The notes under the pieces were generated by a model that worked only from the letters and a program-made list of their open reading frames with translations, did not search any database and was not told where the DNA came from. A stretch of DNA of 44,845 nt from Clostridia bacterium. Its GTDB lineage: Bacteria; Bacillota; Clostridia; Oscillospirales; CAG-272. The stretch lies in contig JAGBZV010000049.1 of NCBI GenBank assembly GCA_017628075.1, positions 1 to 44,845 on the forward strand. Reading direction: 5' to 3'. Positions 1 through 9,052 of the stretch are shown in pieces (the first letter of the stretch is position 1; the number at the start of each line of letters is the position of its first letter). The position numbers were made by a program, and so were the translations under genes.

Positions 1-790
<790 letters not shown>

Positions 791-817
791 TTAGCACTCC
801 GAATGATTGAGTGCTAA
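791..817. promoter_or_regulatory. CIRCE operator (HrcA binding site), perfect inverted repeat TTAGCACTC-N9-GAGTGCTAA
   Basis: TTAGCACTC (791-799), a 9-nt spacer cgaatgatt, then GAGTGCTAA (809-817). It lies between the predicted promoter and the groES start. Confidence 0.95.
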
Positions 818-829
818 CGTACGACTTAT

Positions 830-858
830 ATTGTACTCACTTTCATGGGAAAAATCAA
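830..858 (-). promoter_or_regulatory. Sigma-A type promoter of groES-groEL
   Basis: On the minus strand, TTGATT (-35, 858-853), a 17-nt spacer, then TACAAT (-10, 835-830), immediately upstream of CIRCE. Confidence 0.7.
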
Positions 859-993
859 GGGTTTTTCCGAGAATTAACATATTATTAACACATCATGGGA
901 CGATTGGAAATAATTGCGCAGGAAATCGGTGCCCGCGTGCAACATAGAACGCGCGGATGCCGCATACGATGGGGGCGTGAGGAGGCGTGAATC

Positions 994-2334
994 GTGACGA
1001 TCCTGTTTATTGTATTTTTGTGTGCCGCAGGCGGATATCTTGCGCACTGTCAACGGTATTATCTGTTTCTGCATCCCATTCGGGCGTGCCGCAGGCTTCT
1101 TATGCGCGGTCCGGAGGACGGTGCGTATTCTCCGCTTCGTGCGTTGTGTCTTGCGCTTGCCGGGGTGCTCGGTGTCGGAAACATCACGGGAGTTGCCGCG
1201 GCGATCATGCTTGGCGGTCCGGGAGCGCTGTTTTGGATGTGGATATCCGCGCTCTGCACGGTACCGATCAAATATGCGGAGGTCGTGCTTGCAGTCCGTA
1301 CGCGAAAAAGCTGTATTGGTCCCGACGGGAGCAGGGAATATCGGGGCGGTCCGATGCGATATCTGCCGCTTCTGCGCGGCGGACGGCTTGCGGCGGGGGC
1401 CTTCTGCGTCCTTTGTATTGCGGCCTCGTTTCTGCAGGGAAATCTTCTTCAGGGCGGTGCGGCGCTGTCGTGCGGCATGCATCTGACGGGAATGTCGCCG
1501 TGGATGGCGGCGGCTGTCCTTGCCGTGCTGTCGGGAATCCTGATCTTTGGCGGAAGACGGCGGATATCGGGCTTCTGTACGTATATGATTCCCCTCATGT
1601 CGGCGATGTATCTTGTTATGGGTGTAACTGTGCTTGTGTGGAGTGCGCCGAGGCTTCCCGGTATTATTGAGGACATTGTGCGCAGCGCATGGTCTTTTGG
1701 GGCGGCAGGATGCGGCGGCGGGGCGGGCATCCTCCTTGCGATGCGGCACGGATGTGCCAAGGGTGTTTTCTCGCATGAGGCAGGATGTGGGACGGCTCCC
1801 ATTGCACACGCGGGTGCGGAAACGAACGATGCTCCAAGACAGGGGATTCTGGGTGCGGCGGAGGTCGTGTTTGACACCCTTTTGCTTTGTACTGTAACGG
1901 GACTCGTTCTTCTCGTCGGCGGATACGGTTATGCACCTGGGGCGGCCGACTATACGGCGGTCGTTCTGGATGCGTTTTCTGCGCAGCTTGGTGCGGGGGC
2001 GGCGGTCGTGCTTGGGATATCCATCGTGCTTTACGCGTTTGCGGCACTTGTCTGCTGGTCCTTTTACGGAGCGGAATGCGTCCGGTATCTGGGGGGAGGG
2101 ACGCGTGCACGGCGGATATACCTTCTATTATATACGGCCTGCGTGCTGGGATGCGGCATGGGGCGCCCGGAGGATCTCTGGGCGATGTCCGATGCGGTTA
2201 CGGTATCTATGACGCTCCTCAATACCGCGGGCGTTGTGCTGTTGTGGCGGCGTTTTTCTGAAAAGGAACGTGATGCTCTGCAAATTCAGCAAAAAGCGCT
2301 TCAAAAACGCCGAAAAATTCCAAAAAAGGCTTGA
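994..2334 (+). CDS. Sodium:alanine (alanine/glycine:cation) symporter family protein, AGCS
   Basis: The 446-aa polytopic membrane protein contains GNITGVAAAIMLGGPGALFWMWISAL, the AGCS family signature. It uses a GTG start 8 nt after GGAGG (981-985). Confidence 0.85.
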   Translation: MTILFIVFLCAAGGYLAHCQRYYLFLHPIRACRRLLMRGPEDGAYSPLRALCLALAGVLGVGNITGVAAAIMLGGPGALFWMWISALCTVPIKYAEVVLAVRTRKSCIGPDGSREYRGGPMRYLPLLRGGRLAAGAFCVLCIAASFLQGNLLQGGAALSCGMHLTGMSPWMAAAVLAVLSGILIFGGRRRISGFCTYMIPLMSAMYLVMGVTVLVWSAPRLPGIIEDIVRSAWSFGAAGCGGGAGILLAMRHGCAKGVFSHEAGCGTAPIAHAGAETNDAPRQGILGAAEVVFDTLLLCTVTGLVLLVGGYGYAPGAADYTAVVLDAFSAQLGAGAAVVLGISIVLYAFAALVCWSFYGAECVRYLGGGTRARRIYLLLYTACVLGCGMGRPEDLWAMSDAVTVSMTLLNTAGVVLLWRRFSEKERDALQIQQKALQKRRKIPKKA

Positions 2335-2359
2335 CAGACGGCAGATTGTGTGGTATAAT
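2331..2359 (+). promoter_or_regulatory. Sigma-A promoter of the rpsF-ssb-rpsR operon
   Basis: TTGACA (2331-2336), a 17-nt spacer, then TGgTATAAT with TATAAT at 2354-2359 (extended -10). The -35 overlaps the stop codon of the symporter gene. Confidence 0.75.
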
Positions 2360-2445
2360 AACTAAGTCTGCGGCAGATGTCCGCAGCAATCCTTTCAAAA
2401 ACGAGGAACGTTTTTGACACAAGTCCATAAGGAGGTGCAATTTGC

Positions 2446-2739
2446 ATGGAAAAGAAGATCGGTTCCTACGAAACAATGTTTATCGTAAACCCCCAACTGT
2501 CCGAGGATGACACAAAGGCTGTCATCGAGAAGTTCACTGCGCTGATGGCAGAGAACGGCGAGATCGAGCAGATCAGTGAATGGGGCAAGCGCAGACTTGC
2601 TTACCCGATCAACGATCTGATGGAAGGCTATTATGTTCTTGTCAACCACAAGGCTGATACCCAGTTCATCCGTGAGCTGACTCGTCTGTTCAACATCAAC
2701 GAAAACGTCATGCGTGCCATGACCACTACCCGCGCTTAA
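2446..2739 (+). CDS. rpsF: 30S ribosomal protein S6
   Basis: The 97-aa ORF YETMFIVNPQLSEDDTKAVIEKFTALMAENGEIEQISEWGKRRLAYPI is typical S6. AAGGAGGTG RBS, and rpsF-ssb-rpsR synteny. Confidence 0.95.
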   Translation: MEKKIGSYETMFIVNPQLSEDDTKAVIEKFTALMAENGEIEQISEWGKRRLAYPINDLMEGYYVLVNHKADTQFIRELTRLFNINENVMRAMTTTRA

Positions 2740-2759
2740 TCTTAGCGAGGTGACGGAAT

Positions 2760-3239
2760 ATGGCAAGTCTGAACAAGGCGATTCTGATGGGCAACCTTGT
2801 CGCAGATCCGGAATTGAAGCAGACCCCCTCGGGTGTGTCTGTTTGCTCCTTCCGTATCGGCGTACAAAGACGCTTCAAGGACGCAAACGGCCAGTACGCA
2901 TCTGATTTTATCAACATCGTCGCATGGAGACAGCAGGCGGAATTCGTTTCCAAGTATTTCCGCAAGGGCAGCTCTGTCGTCGTTGTCGGTTCTATTCAGA
3001 CACGCGACTATACTGACCAGCAGGGAAACAAGCGCTATGCAACCGAGGTTGTTGCCGACGAGGTTTCGTTCGGCGCATCGAAGAACGATTCTTCGAATGC
3101 CGCTCCCGCATTTGCAGGTGCAGGTGATTTCGGAAACGCATCCGCATTCGGTCAGGGCGCACCCGTATCTGCTCCGGCAGCTCAGCCGGCAGCACCCAAG
3201 TTTGAGGAAATTGACGGAGATGAAGATCTCCCGTTCTGA
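2760..3239 (+). CDS. ssb: Single-stranded DNA-binding protein
   Basis: An OB-fold N-terminus (MASLNKAILMGNLVADPELKQTPSGVSVCSFRIGV), a Gly/Ala/Pro-rich linker and an acidic DEDLPF tail. Confidence 0.95.
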   Translation: MASLNKAILMGNLVADPELKQTPSGVSVCSFRIGVQRRFKDANGQYASDFINIVAWRQQAEFVSKYFRKGSSVVVVGSIQTRDYTDQQGNKRYATEVVADEVSFGASKNDSSNAAPAFAGAGDFGNASAFGQGAPVSAPAAQPAAPKFEEIDGDEDLPF

Positions 3240-3276
3240 TAACAGGTTATTTTATCAGGGAAAGGAATGAAAAACA

Positions 3277-3570
3277 TTGGATAACGCAAAGGAAGTCAAG
3301 ACCACTGAGGTCAAGGAACAGAGAGAACCCGCAGCAAAGCCTTACCGCGCACAGAACCGCGGCAAGAGAAGAAAGGTCTGCCAGTTCTGCGCAGAGAAGA
3401 TCGAGGCTGTAGATTACAAGGACGTCGGAAGACTGAGAAAGTATATCTCCGAGCGCGCAAAGATTCTTCCCAGAAGAATCACCGGTACCTGCGCTATACA
3501 CCAGAGACAGCTGACTGACGCGATCAAGCGTGCAAGAATCGTTGCTCTGCTGCCCTATATCAGCGATTGA
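3277..3570 (+). CDS. rpsR: 30S ribosomal protein S18
   Basis: [64 protein letters not shown] is typical S18. The only in-frame start is TTG at 3277, so the start is less certain than the product. Confidence 0.88.
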   Translation: MDNAKEVKTTEVKEQREPAAKPYRAQNRGKRRKVCQFCAEKIEAVDYKDVGRLRKYISERAKILPRRITGTCAIHQRQLTDAIKRARIVALLPYISD

Positions 3571-3587
3571 TCACAAGCAATATGATG

Positions 3588-3623
3588 GGTGCTGCACGGA
3601 TGTGCAGTACCTGTTTTTTTTTT
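3588..3623 (+). terminator. Rho-independent terminator of the rpsF-ssb-rpsR operon
   Basis: Stem GGTGCTGCAC / GTGCAGTACC (one mismatch), loop GGAT, followed by TG and a run of 10 T. Confidence 0.85.
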
Positions 3624-3717
3624 GCGCACGGAGGCATATGGCCGTACGGCGAACACGCCGGGGCGTGCTGTGTCAATTATTTGTATTTTCCGTGCGTTTT
3701 TTTGTCGAATTTAGCCA

Positions 3718-3746
3718 TTGAAAATATTTGTGTTTTGTGATATCAT
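3718..3746 (+). promoter_or_regulatory. Sigma-A promoter of the cation:proton antiporter gene
   Basis: TTGAAA (3718-3723), a 17-nt spacer, then TGaTATCAT (-10 at 3741-3746). Confidence 0.6.
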
Positions 3747-3823
3747 ATATTCGTTTGCTTTTGCGGAACAAGCTGTTTTTCAAACGCAAGCCCTACAACT
3801 ATCAGAATAGGAAGTATTTCGTT

Positions 3824-5119
3824 ATGACTGTCCTTCTTTCCATATCCATCGGCATGATCGCTGCGATGCTGCTGTCCCGTCTTGCCAAAAAGGTCCAGCT
3901 TCCGGCTGTTACTGCATATCTTGTTGCCGGTATTCTCGTCGGTCCGTTTTGCCTCGGTGCTCTCGGTATCGAAGGCCTTGGCTTCGTTGGCGAGGAGTCT
4001 ATATCCAACCTGAGCATTCTCTCTGACGTTGCCCTTGGCTTTATCGCCTTTTCAATCGGCAACGAGTTCCGCTTGGTACAGCTCAAAAAAACCGGCAGAC
4101 GGGCGACTGTGATCGGCATCTTTCAGGCTGTTGCAGCAACGCTGATCGTGGATGCCGCGCTTATTGCCCTGCATTTCATTATGCCCGATAAGATCGGACT
4201 TCCCGCTGCCATTACACTTGGAGCGATTGCTTCGGCAACGGCACCTGCCGCAACGCTGATGGTCGTTCGCCAATATAAGGCAAAGGGTGAGCTGACCGAT
4301 CTGCTTCTTCCCATCGTTGCGCTGGACGATGCCGTTGGCCTGATCCTGTTTGCAGTTTCATTCGGTGTTGCGCGTGCAATTCAAAGCGGTGCTATTGACG
4401 TCATTTACATTATCATCAATCCGCTCGTTGAGATCGCTGCGTCCCTGGTGCTTGGTTCCGTTATGGGCTTTATCATGGATTGGGTGGAGCAGTTCTTCCA
4501 TTCCAGATCCAAGCGTATGTCTATCTCCATTGCATTTGTTATGCTGACCGTTGCACTTTCCATGCTCAAGTTTGAGATTGGTCCCGTGCACGTCGGCTTC
4601 TCCTCGCTTCTCGTCTGTATGATGCTTGGCACGATCTTCTGCAACATCTGTGACTATTCCGAGGAGCTTATGGAGCGTGTTGACGGTTGGACGACACCCC
4701 TGTTCGTGATTTTCTTCATGCTCTCCGGTGCTGAGCTGGACCTTACCATTTTTTCCGATCTTGGAATCGTATTCATTGGCGTGCTGTTTTTGACGGCCCG
4801 TGCCGTGGGTAAGTGCGGCGGTGCGTACCTCAGCGCGAAATGGACGAACTGCCCGCCCAACGTCTGCAAGTACCTCGGTGTCACGCTCCTTCCGCAGGCC
4901 GGTGTTGCACTCGGTATGTCCCTGCAGGTCGCTCCGCTCGGTGCCGACGGCGTTCTGATCCGCAATATCGTTCTTTTCTCCGTCATGGTTCTTGAGCTCG
5001 TCGGACCGCTTATGGCAAAGGTTGCGCTTACGCGGGCAGGCGACATCGTTCCGGAGGGCCGTACCTCTGCAAGAGGCGTTGTCCCCTCCAAGCATAAGGG
5101 CGCACTTCCGAAGCAGTAA
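3824..5119 (+). CDS. Cation:proton antiporter (CPA2 / Na+/H+ exchanger family)
   Basis: A polytopic membrane protein starting MTVLLSISIGMIAAMLLSRLAKKVQLPAVTAYLVAGILVGPFCLG, the typical CPA N-terminus. I prefer the ATG at 3824 (AGGAAG RBS) over the ORF-track start at 3728. Confidence 0.8.
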   Translation: MTVLLSISIGMIAAMLLSRLAKKVQLPAVTAYLVAGILVGPFCLGALGIEGLGFVGEESISNLSILSDVALGFIAFSIGNEFRLVQLKKTGRRATVIGIFQAVAATLIVDAALIALHFIMPDKIGLPAAITLGAIASATAPAATLMVVRQYKAKGELTDLLLPIVALDDAVGLILFAVSFGVARAIQSGAIDVIYIIINPLVEIAASLVLGSVMGFIMDWVEQFFHSRSKRMSISIAFVMLTVALSMLKFEIGPVHVGFSSLLVCMMLGTIFCNICDYSEELMERVDGWTTPLFVIFFMLSGAELDLTIFSDLGIVFIGVLFLTARAVGKCGGAYLSAKWTNCPPNVCKYLGVTLLPQAGVALGMSLQVAPLGADGVLIRNIVLFSVMVLELVGPLMAKVALTRAGDIVPEGRTSARGVVPSKHKGALPKQ

Positions 5120-5140
5120 TTTCAGCGTATGAGCTTGATA

Positions 5141-5171
5141 GGAGCCGCACGGCCGTTTGGCCTGCGGCTCC
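5141..5171. terminator. Bidirectional hairpin terminator between convergent genes
   Basis: GGAGCCGCA...TGCGGCTCC stem with an inner GGCC/GGCC pairing, followed by CTTTTACT. It lies between the antiporter stop (5119) and the minus-strand gene stop (5175). Confidence 0.6.
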
Positions 5172-5174
5172 CTT

Positions 5175-6182
5175 TTACTGCGCTTTGGATATATAGAATG
5201 CCTGTGTATCCAGTATACGGAGCGCGCCGTCCGTGATGCGCAGACCAACGGTCACCGTTCCGCCCGGAACGGAAAACGAATAATACCGGATGCCGTGCTT
5301 CTCGGAAACGGAGGCCTCACCCGACACGGATACGCCTGCGTCGCCGAGCACATCTGCGGTAATCGTGTCAAGATCCTGCTCCGTGAGTGCGCGTGTCACG
5401 TATGCGGAGTCACTTTGTGCGGTACGTGGGAACAGGAGCAGTGTGAGAACGTGACCGCCGTGTACAGAAACACTTGCGTATCCGTTCCGACAGGAAAAAA
5501 GATATACGCCGCCGTCCTCATCCGTGTACGCATCCCCCAGCAGAGTGGCGGTCCGCCCAAGTACCCCCTTCAGACTGGCTCTCGCCTTTGCCGCCGTGAC
5601 GGGCGTTTCCTTGTCGTAGGTGTGTGTCGGTCGGGCACTGCCGTCAAGCAGGGCGGCGCGGACGGGGTCCGGTGCAAACGCATCGGCAAGCACCTCAAGC
5701 TCTGCTGCTGCCCGGAAATCGGGGAATTTGCTCTGCGGATCGGCATCGGAAATTGCACAGGCAAGATCTGCAATATGCATCCCCGCCTGTGCGACGCAGG
5801 CTTTCCAGAATACGGCGTCCGCGTCGGAAACGGTTTCTCCGATCTGCCGCGCCAATGCCGCGTAAAATACCGAGGCGGCGTCGGCGGTGCGCCGCAGGGC
5901 GTCAGCAGATGATACGTGTACGTGAGGACGCAGTGCGGCAAGCCGTGCGGCATCGGCGGACAGCATTTCGGTGCGGAAGCGGATCAGCGCGGCATCGCGC
6001 GTATCAAGGGCATCGTTAAGCGCTGCGGTATGCTCTGCCATTTCGGACAGAAGACATGCGCAGATGCGGTCAAGCGCCGCGTCGCGGGCGTTTGACGTCT
6101 TTTGCTGAACCCAAAGCGTGCCCAGCGCAAGCGTACACAGCGCCGCGGTCAGCGCGGCAAGTCGGATGGTTGTTCGTTTCAT
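5175..6182 (-). CDS. Membrane-anchored hypothetical protein, possibly YpeB/PepSY-like germination protein
   Basis: I prefer the internal start MKRTTIRLAALTAALCTLALGTLWV (ATG 6182-6180, preceded by GGAGGA), giving 336 aa. It has one N-terminal TM anchor, an Ala-rich helical region and a C-terminal beta-rich part resembling PepSY repeats. The family call is by pattern only. Confidence 0.55.
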   Translation of the reverse strand: MKRTTIRLAALTAALCTLALGTLWVQQKTSNARDAALDRICACLLSEMAEHTAALNDALDTRDAALIRFRTEMLSADAARLAALRPHVHVSSADALRRTADAASVFYAALARQIGETVSDADAVFWKACVAQAGMHIADLACAISDADPQSKFPDFRAAAELEVLADAFAPDPVRAALLDGSARPTHTYDKETPVTAAKARASLKGVLGRTATLLGDAYTDEDGGVYLFSCRNGYASVSVHGGHVLTLLLFPRTAQSDSAYVTRALTEQDLDTITADVLGDAGVSVSGEASVSEKHGIRYYSFSVPGGTVTVGLRITDGALRILDTQAFYISKAQ

Positions 6183-6305
6183 GTGGATCCTCCGCTTTTT
6201 TTGACAGTATGCGTGCTGATGCGGGCGGATATGCGTGCTTTGCGGCGTGTTTTTGTGGGGGATCCATGCCAAATTGTGAAATTTCTTGAAATCCTGCTTT
6301 GATGT

Positions 6306-6334
6306 TTGACAACGGCGAGAATGTATGGTATAAT
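6306..6334 (+). promoter_or_regulatory. Sigma-A promoter of holB-yaaT
   Basis: TTGACA (6306-6311), a 17-nt spacer, then TGgTATAAT (TATAAT 6329-6334). Confidence 0.75.
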
Positions 6335-6406
6335 AGTACGGGAATCGTTTTGCCGCTGTGTACGGCGGCAGAATAATTGGGATTTTCAAAAAAGAAGGTG
6401 AGGAGC

Positions 6407-7561
6407 ATGGCCCGGATTTCGCTCGAATGTCTGTATGGAAACGGTGTATTCAAGGAAACGCTCGTCCGTGCCATTACGGACGGCAGGCTTTCGCATGCGT
6501 ATTTGTTCGAGGGCGTGCAGGGCTCCGGCAAGGCAACCGCCGCGTTCCTTTCCGCCGCGACACTGTGCTGTACCTCGGAGGAGGTCCGACCGTGTATGCA
6601 GTGCCCAACGTGCAGAAAGATCCTCTCCGCGCAGTCACCGGATCTGTCAGTCATCGGACTTGACGCTTTGCCGTTTGACGGGCACGATCCCGCAAAGCCG
6701 ACCGAGAAGCCGCGCTCCATCGGCGTGGATGCCATTCGCGCACTCCGGTCGGATGCCTATATCCTTCCCAACGATCTGGAATACAAGCTATACATCATTG
6801 GCCATGCGGATCGCATGACCGTACAGGCGCAAAATGCGCTGCTGAAGATTTTGGAGGAGCCTCCGACCGGCGCGGTCTTCTTTTTGCTTTGCGAAAATCG
6901 CGCGGCGCTGCTTCCCACGGTGCTTTCCCGCGTTCAGCGGCTGAATATGGAGCAATTTTCCGACGATGCACTGTACGCGCTCCTTTGTCGGTACGATCGG
7001 GAGGCATCCATGCTTTCTGCGCGTGACGATGCGCTTCTGCGGCTGTATGTCCGTCTTGCGGACGGCGCATACGGACGGGCACTGTTTTATGTGCACGCAC
7101 AGAAAAAGGAGCTTGCCCAGGATGAAGCGTACGCTGCACATGAGGGGGCAATGCAGTGCCTCGCCTTGCTGTTTGCGGATTCCTATTCCGACGACAGCCC
7201 TGTTTTGCGCGGGGGTGAGGGTGTCCTTGAGCGCCCGTCGCTGACCTCTGTTGCGGCACGCATTACGTCCCTGCTTCCGGGAAAGGACGGCGCCGAAAAC
7301 CGATCGCGTCTGCGTGCGCTGACGGGTGCGCTGTGTGTGGCGGTACGGGATCTGACCATGTGTGCCTGTGGGGTGGAGGGACAGCTTTTGTTTTATCCTT
7401 CTCACGAGCAGCCCGCGGTGCTTGCTGCGCGATGCCGTGCAAAAACGCTGTCCGATACGGGGCGCGCGCTGTGTGTGCTCCTTGAAGATATGGATGCCAA
7501 TCCGAACGTCGGAATGCTTACGCGCTCCCTTGCCGGAGTGCTGATGGGCTTGCGCCGTTGA
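6407..7561 (+). CDS. holB: DNA polymerase III subunit delta prime
   Basis: LSHAYLFEGVQGSGKATAA (AAA+ clamp-loader P-loop variant) followed by the Cys cluster CMQCPTCRKILSAQSPDL. ATG at 6407 follows GGTGAGGAG. holB-yaaT synteny as in Bacillus. Confidence 0.85.
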   Translation: MARISLECLYGNGVFKETLVRAITDGRLSHAYLFEGVQGSGKATAAFLSAATLCCTSEEVRPCMQCPTCRKILSAQSPDLSVIGLDALPFDGHDPAKPTEKPRSIGVDAIRALRSDAYILPNDLEYKLYIIGHADRMTVQAQNALLKILEEPPTGAVFFLLCENRAALLPTVLSRVQRLNMEQFSDDALYALLCRYDREASMLSARDDALLRLYVRLADGAYGRALFYVHAQKKELAQDEAYAAHEGAMQCLALLFADSYSDDSPVLRGGEGVLERPSLTSVAARITSLLPGKDGAENRSRLRALTGALCVAVRDLTMCACGVEGQLLFYPSHEQPAVLAARCRAKTLSDTGRALCVLLEDMDANPNVGMLTRSLAGVLMGLRR

Positions 7562-7608
7562 ATGAATGAACTCAGGAAAGGAGATCCCGCTGGGATCGAT
7601 AGAATATT

Positions 7609-9009
7609 ATGGCTGAAAATGAAATGATGACCGCCCCGGAAGCACGGGGTACGGCAAAGGATGAGAGCGGGCAGAAGTCCCGCGGACGAAATCGCCGCGG
7701 CGGCCGCGGACGCGGACACGACCGCAGAAATGCGGACGGAAATAGCCGCGGTGCATCCCATACGCCCGCAGAGGGGACGGCAGAGCCTCAAAACGCAGAG
7801 GGTGTGCGGGAATCTGCAGGCGGAGCTGAGGCTCGCTCGCAGGGCGGAGAGTCTGCACAGAAGCGCGGCCGCGGACGGCGCGGCGGACGCGGACGCAGAG
7901 GTCACGGCGCAGAAAACGGCAGAGCGGCTGCGGGAGAGAATCCCGCGGAGCTGACGGCTTCTGCCGGGGCTGAGGAGCTCGTCTATACGCTGACGGAGCG
8001 CGATGAGATCGCGGCAGAGGTTCACGAGATCATTACCGAGGAGCGGCTTGCCGCCATTGCGGAGGAGATCGCCTCTGAGCGCGAGATGCAGCAGGCGTGC
8101 GAGGCAGAGGCGGATGCGGGGGAGACTCCTGCAAAAACGCCGGTGGAGATCGTCGGCGTTCGTTTCAAGCCGGCAGGAAAGGTCTATTATTTCGATCCGG
8201 CAGGTGCTGTGTACAAGGAAGACGATGAGGTTATCGTTGAAACGGCACGCGGCATGGAATTCGGATTCGTCGTAGGCGGAAACCGTACGGTTATGGCAAG
8301 CGACATCGTTGCCCCGCTGAAGCGGATTCTGCGGATGGCAGACGAGCAGGACCGCGTGCATTACGAGGAGAATAACCGCCGCAGGGAAGAAGCGTTTGCT
8401 ATCTGCCGGGAGAAGATCCTGCAGCACGGCATTGAAATGAAGCTGATCGACGTGGAGTATACCTTCGATAATAACAAACTCCTGTTTTATTTTACTGCCG
8501 ACGGACGCGTGGATTTCCGTGAGCTGGTCAAGGATCTGGCATCGGTCTTCCGTACGCGTATTGAGCTGCGGCAGATCGGTATTCGCGACGAGGCGAAGCT
8601 GATGGGCGGACTTGGTGTCTGCGGACGCCCGTTCTGCTGCCACTCGTTCCTCTCCGACTTCGTTCAGGTTTCCATCAAGATGGCAAAGGAGCAGAATCTT
8701 TCGCTGAACTCTGCAAAGATCTCCGGCACCTGCGGAAGACTGATGTGCTGTCTGCGGTATGAGTACGACGTGTACGAGGAGGAGATCCGCAAGACACCGA
8801 AGATGGATGCCGTTGTGGCAACGCCGGACGGTGAGGCGGTCGTTTGTGAGGTGATTCCGCTTGCCGGACTTGTCCGGGTTAAGTTTATCGGAAACCGTGC
8901 CGACCTGCCTCCGAAGCTGTTCCACCGCGACGACGTTACTGTGCGCGGAAAGATGAACTGGAAATCCGGAGCCGTGACCTATCTTGAGGATAAGCGGGAG
9001 CAGAAATAA
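7609..9009 (+). CDS. yaaT: PSP1 domain protein / stage 0 sporulation protein YaaT (RicT) with a long Arg/Gly-rich N-terminal extension
   Basis: From about 8143 on: VEIVGVRFKPAGKVYYFDPAG...ARGMEFG...LLFYFTADGRVDFRELVKDL...GVCGRPFCCHSFL...GTCGRLMCCLRYE is the PSP1/YaaT pattern. The first ~178 aa are low complexity. Confidence 0.85.
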   Translation: MAENEMMTAPEARGTAKDESGQKSRGRNRRGGRGRGHDRRNADGNSRGASHTPAEGTAEPQNAEGVRESAGGAEARSQGGESAQKRGRGRRGGRGRRGHGAENGRAAAGENPAELTASAGAEELVYTLTERDEIAAEVHEIITEERLAAIAEEIASEREMQQACEAEADAGETPAKTPVEIVGVRFKPAGKVYYFDPAGAVYKEDDEVIVETARGMEFGFVVGGNRTVMASDIVAPLKRILRMADEQDRVHYEENNRRREEAFAICREKILQHGIEMKLIDVEYTFDNNKLLFYFTADGRVDFRELVKDLASVFRTRIELRQIGIRDEAKLMGGLGVCGRPFCCHSFLSDFVQVSIKMAKEQNLSLNSAKISGTCGRLMCCLRYEYDVYEEEIRKTPKMDAVVATPDGEAVVCEVIPLAGLVRVKFIGNRADLPPKLFHRDDVTVRGKMNWKSGAVTYLEDKREQK

Positions 9010-9052
9010 CCGGACGTATAATCCGTTTTGACTAGCATAAAAAGATAACTCC

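Noticed and set aside
874-993. Possible glycine or other amino-acid riboswitch upstream of the alanine/glycine symporter
   Set aside because: The region is only about 120 nt and shares the divergent groES promoter. I could not find the conserved glycine-riboswitch core elements or a terminator/antiterminator pair.
874-1809. 311-aa minus-strand ORF and other overlapping ORFs across the symporter gene
   Set aside because: They are antisense or off-frame to the AGCS symporter, which has the family signature. Extremely Arg/His-rich.
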